DNA from: Chiloscyllium plagiosum
Taxonomy: Eukaryota
NCBI RefSeq assembly: GCF_004010195.1
Contig: NC_057718.1
Coordinates: forward strand, 13,104,201 to 13,155,945
DNA length: 51,745 nucleotides
Direction: 5' to 3'
Shown: positions 47,825 through 51,745 of the stretch, piece after piece
Layout: every line of letters begins with the position of its first letter
How positions within the stretch are numbered: position 1 is the first letter of the stretch
Notes under the pieces: generated by a model
The model's input: only the letters and a program-made list of their open reading frames with translations
What the model was told of the DNA's origin: nothing
The model's database searches: none
Position numbers and translations under genes: made by a program

Positions 47825-50800
47825 CTATTCATTTAGTCAGGGCTGTCTCCCACCCTCCTTGAGGAAAGCAAATATCTCCCTCCTCCTTAAGAAAAGGAAA
47901 GCCCCAGATGATTGTGCTTCGTACAGGCCTATATCCTTATTGAATGTGGACTTTAAAATTCTGTTGAAAATGCCGGCATTAAGACTGGAGAGTGTACTAT
48001 CATTTATCATAAAAAAAGATCAGACAGGGTTTATTAAGGATCACAGATCTAATAATAGAGTGCTAAATATGGTACAAGTATGCTAGCAAAGAGCAATACC
48101 GGCCTTGGTCATCTCCCTAGACGCAGAGAAAGCATTCGATCAGGTGGAACGGCTGTATTTTTTTGATGTCATGGGGCTGTTTGGCCTTGAAGAGGTTTTT
48201 ACCAAATGGGTCACAGTGCTATATAGTGACCCGAAAGCAGAGGTGCTTACTAATGACATAAGATCAGATAGTTTTACTGTTGGCAGAGATTGTCATCAAG
48301 GGTGCCCTTTATCGCCACTATTATTTACACTAGTGATTGAACCACTGGCAGAAGCTATCTGGACAGACCCCAGTATAAAGGCCCCGGAGATAGGATCAGG
48401 CAAGCATAAAATTACTCTTTATGCTGATGATGTCCTTCTTTTCTTGACTGATCCATCAACATCTGTGCCCCGCTTAATACAAGTGGTTAATTCTTTCGGT
48501 ATGTTTTCTGGGTACAAAATTAATTTTATGAAATCAGAAGCCATGCTGGTGGGAGGTCTTACTAGCATATCCAACTTTGCAGATGGGACCCGCTTCCCCT
48601 TTTGGTGGTCACAGGGAGGTTTTCTCTACTTAGGCATTTTTATTACTCCAGCACAAAGCTAACTATGTGCATCTGTTAGAGAAAATAAGGCAGGACCTCT
48701 AGCACTGGGAACATCTCCCAATATCCTGGCTAGGAAGAACAGCTCTGGTCAAGATGAATGTTCTCCCTTGCCTATTCTACCCTATGAGAATGCTTCCTTT
48801 GATATTACCGAGGCAAGCGCTGCATAGGCTTTATGGCTGGCTTGGTTCCTTTGTTTGGCATTAGAGACGGTCCCTTATCAAATTAGATAAATTGCAGCTT
48901 CCACAAGAAAGAAGGTGTCCAGATTTTCTGGATTTTAGGAAGTACCAGCTGAGCTCTTTGTTATCATATGTGACTGACTGGGCATCTCGTGATCCACAAT
49001 CAATTTGGTTGGATGTCAAGGCTTCCCAGACAAAATGCCCCCTCATCAACCTATTGTTTATGGATAAGATGAGAACTGTCATGGCTCAATTGTCCTAAAC
49101 ACAATCAAACCTTGGAGAATGATTCGACAGAGTGAGAGTAATCTACAAAAAACCACCCCCTTCTATAGTGGGAATGTTGGGATTTCAGCCAGGCTTGATA
49201 GACGCTGGCTTTAAATTTTGGGACGCCAGAGGAATCTCCTGCTTGGGAGATTTATTCGATGGGGAGGTCACGATGTCCTTCAAACAGTTGCGTCAGAAGT
49301 TCAAGTTACCTAGCAAAGATCTTTTTCGATATTTTCAAGTACGAGACTTCATACAGAAAAAGATCACATTGATGGTCAACACTTATAAATCGGATATGGA
49401 GTGGAGAGTGCTTCTGCTGGTGGGTGCCCCCTTGGTCAGTACTCTCTTTCATTTGCTAGGTAATAATGTGTCGAAGGACATGGAACGACTATATAAAATC
49501 TGGACTCAAGAATTGGGGACGGAAATCTCCTTAGAGATGTGGGAGGACATCTGGGAAAGTGCCACAAAGATCTCTATCTGTAATAGGACTCAAGCTATTC
49601 ATATGGCACTAGAGTGGCTTGCAAAGTTTAGGACAGGAGTGTCTCCGATATGCCCTAAATGTAAAATAGAAGTTGGTACTCTCACTCATTGTTGGTGGAC
49701 ATGCCATAAGATCCGCAGATACTGGGTCAGTGTGGCGAGTGCCTTGGCAAAGATCTTAGGAACGGAGGTTGGGTTCGATCCAGTGTCTCTCCTTTTGGGT
49801 TTTCCAAATTTTCCTTCTATTGATGCATATCGGAAGAAACTGTTTATTATCCTTTCCTTTTGTGTGAGGAAAAACATCTTAGTAAGCTAGGTATCAGAAA
49901 GATCCCCAGTTATGGAACACATTCCCTTGGACTTCCTTACAAATATGGTGCACCAAAAAACAGAATTGTTTTATAGAATATGGTGGCCCTTTTTGAGCTA
50001 TGTTGATGCTGATGTATCGGCTATATCATCTAGGGCCTTTGTCTAACCATGGGGATGATTCTGTTGGTTCAGGGCCCCCTGGGATGAAGTATCCCATATA
50101 AATACGGATCAGCTCACTATTGCTCTCATCGATTAGGAGCTACAATGAGAGTGCATTGAGTGTTGTAACTTGCTTTAATGTAAATTAAGCTATCTTGTTA
50201 TGACTTGATTTAATTCTATTTTGAATGTTTAATTATTTATCCTTTTCTTAGTTAGTTATTTATTGTATTGTAGTTTTTTAAATATACTTTACTTAGTATG
50301 TTGGTAGTTTGTAGAATAGATTAATAGTTTGTTTTCTTTATTTATATTGTTGTTGTTATTATATTGTAAAGTGATTACATGATTTTGTATAAGTTTTGTA
50401 ATTTTGTAAAAATAAAACCCAAAAACTTTTTCTTTTCAATATAAAAGAAAAGTGGCATCAGACCTTGAAGACCATGTTGAGTGCATACTGTCAGGATTAC
50501 CCGAATGGTTGGGATAAAGGTATCCCATTCGCATTGTTTGCTATGAGAGATGCCCCAAACAAATCTACTCAGTTTACTCCCTTTGAGTTAGTATTCGGTC
50601 ATGAAGTGAGATGTCCTTTGAAATTAGGACCAAAGTCAGAGATCTCACAGAGATTATGTATCAGCGGTGAGGGAAAGACTAAATCAAGCAGGTGAGTTAG
50701 TTAACAGCACCTAAAGAGGGCATAGTATAGAATGAAGCAAGTGGCAGATAAAAGCTCTGAAACTCAGACATTCACCCAAGGGGATAACGTGCTAGTACTG

Positions 50801-51160
50801 TTACCAGTGATAGGAGATCCCTTCAAAGCCAGGTTTAGTGTTCCCTATCAAATTGAGAAAAAGTTAAATCAGGTGAAGATTAGTAAAGATACCAGATAGA
50901 GACAAAAGGTATTGGGTATGTTATGTGAACATGTTGAAACTGTATTACACTTAGAGAGAAAGAACTGGAGCAACAAGTGTTAGTTACTGTCCCACAAAGT
51001 GAGACAATATGGACTTTGAGGTGTCTCAAAATAGATCAAGAAATGAAGAAGGCTTGATGCATAGGATAGGTTAGTAAGCTATCTGTCTCAGGAACATAGA
51101 ACACTGTTGGAAGATTTGTTACTCCAGTACAAAGACATATGTAAGAATCAGATGGGGGGG

Positions 51161-51610
51161 ATCCAATCTAATCTTTAGTAAAAATGACTAAAGGGAAGGG
51201 AGCCCGCAGCTCTCAACAAGCAGGAACCCCTCCCCCACCCTCTCCAGCTGCAGCTGAGGCGTCCACAGCCACCCCGGGGGACTTATCTACGGTGACAAGC
51301 CTTGTAGAAATGATCTCCAAACTGGGCGCGAAGATCGACACTTTCATCGAAGAATCCCGAAATCGATGGGACTCACTCTTGGCCGCGCTGCAGAAGCACG
51401 ACCGAGACATCCAAGAAATCGAGCGCCGAGTCCGGACCTTAGATAATCACATTGACAACCTCGATAATCGAGGTCGTCGAAAAAGTATTTGTTTGCTGGG
51501 CCTTCCCGAACGGGAAGAGGAAGGCCAGCTTACAGTGTTTCTCGAGCAGTGGCTGCCACAGCTTTTAAATCTGGAAGCTGGATCAGGAGGCCAGGTAAGG
51601 GTGGAACACA
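51161..51610 (+). mobile_element. L1 ORF1 fragment (second L1 copy)
   Basis: IDNLDNRGRRKSICLLGLPEREEEGQLTVFLEQWLPQLL is homologous to 43560-43700. Confidence 0.8.
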
Positions 51611-51614
51611 AAGT

Positions 51615-51745
51615 AACTCCCGCCCACCTTCCAAGGACCCCTTTGCCCACCTCCAACACACTGCATCCACCTGGACACCCCGCGCTGGCCTATTACCTGC
51701 CCTCGACCTCTTCATTTCCAACTGCCGCCGGGACATTAACCGCCT
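51615..51745 (+). mobile_element. Neptune-type Penelope fragment running off the window
   Basis: LQHTASTWTPRAGLLPALDLFISNCRRDINR is the reverse-complement homolog of 21100-21200. Confidence 0.75.

Larger units (their letters stand above)
41670..50445 (+). mobile_element. L1-clade LINE with both termini, an internal deletion and nested CR1 and Penelope insertions
   Basis: TSD agaaa(g/a)gtggcatcag (41654-41669 and 50446-50461) and 5' end ggattcaagatggc. ORF1 LEEQVEDL..RG.RK.IRLLGLPE and FQDFS. Endonuclease WNVKG at about 44640. RT YRPISLLNVD, SLDAEKAFD, QGCPLSP, YADD. C-terminal CPKC...HCWWTC. T-rich 3' UTR and A-rich tail. Confidence 0.92.
38202..51160 (+). mobile_element. Second Gmr1-type Gypsy element (5' LTR, PBS, gag, PR, INT, start of RT region) interrupted by an L1
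   Basis: LTR about 38202-38872 and PBS-like tgggggctc at 38876-38884. Gag has a charged coiled coil, DVEAFFISF and the zinc knuckle CFHCGKVGHVKTQC. Protease ILRDTGS lies at about 40475. Integrase is at 41100-41669 and continues at 50452-50950. Confidence 0.88.

Noticed and set aside
1..51745. CRISPR array, prokaryotic operon or viral system
   Set aside because: No regularly spaced direct repeats with unique spacers and no operon-like gene density. All RT, integrase and nuclease domains belong to known eukaryotic retroelement classes.

Overview
Eukaryotic, repeat-saturated genomic DNA, almost certainly from a cartilaginous fish: HE1-type V-SINEs, CR1/HER1-type LINEs and Penelope-like repeats point to a shark. 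Nearly all long ORFs in the supplied track are transposon fragments. Hidden between them, and missed by the ORF track, are six small minus-strand exons (37882-37927, 37570-37643, 27529-27598, 23003-23091, 8231-8300, 8040-8117). They splice in frame into 142 codons resembling the N-terminal extracellular region of the sperm Ca2+ channel auxiliary subunit CatSper-epsilon (CATSPERE/C1orf101). One junction needs a non-canonical GC-AG intron, and the protein appears to carry an extra acidic segment. The introns hold multi-layer nests of mobile elements, many delimited by visible TSDs: a nearly intact CR1, two Gmr1-type (PR-INT-RT order) Gypsy LTR elements, a TSD-flanked L1, two long Penelope-like elements, Tc1/pogo-type MITEs and HE1 SINEs. 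About ten hammerhead-ribozyme cores are also present, several of them in long palindromic insertions. One assembly gap lies at 17518-17888. Family and gene assignments are from recall of the families, not from database searches.
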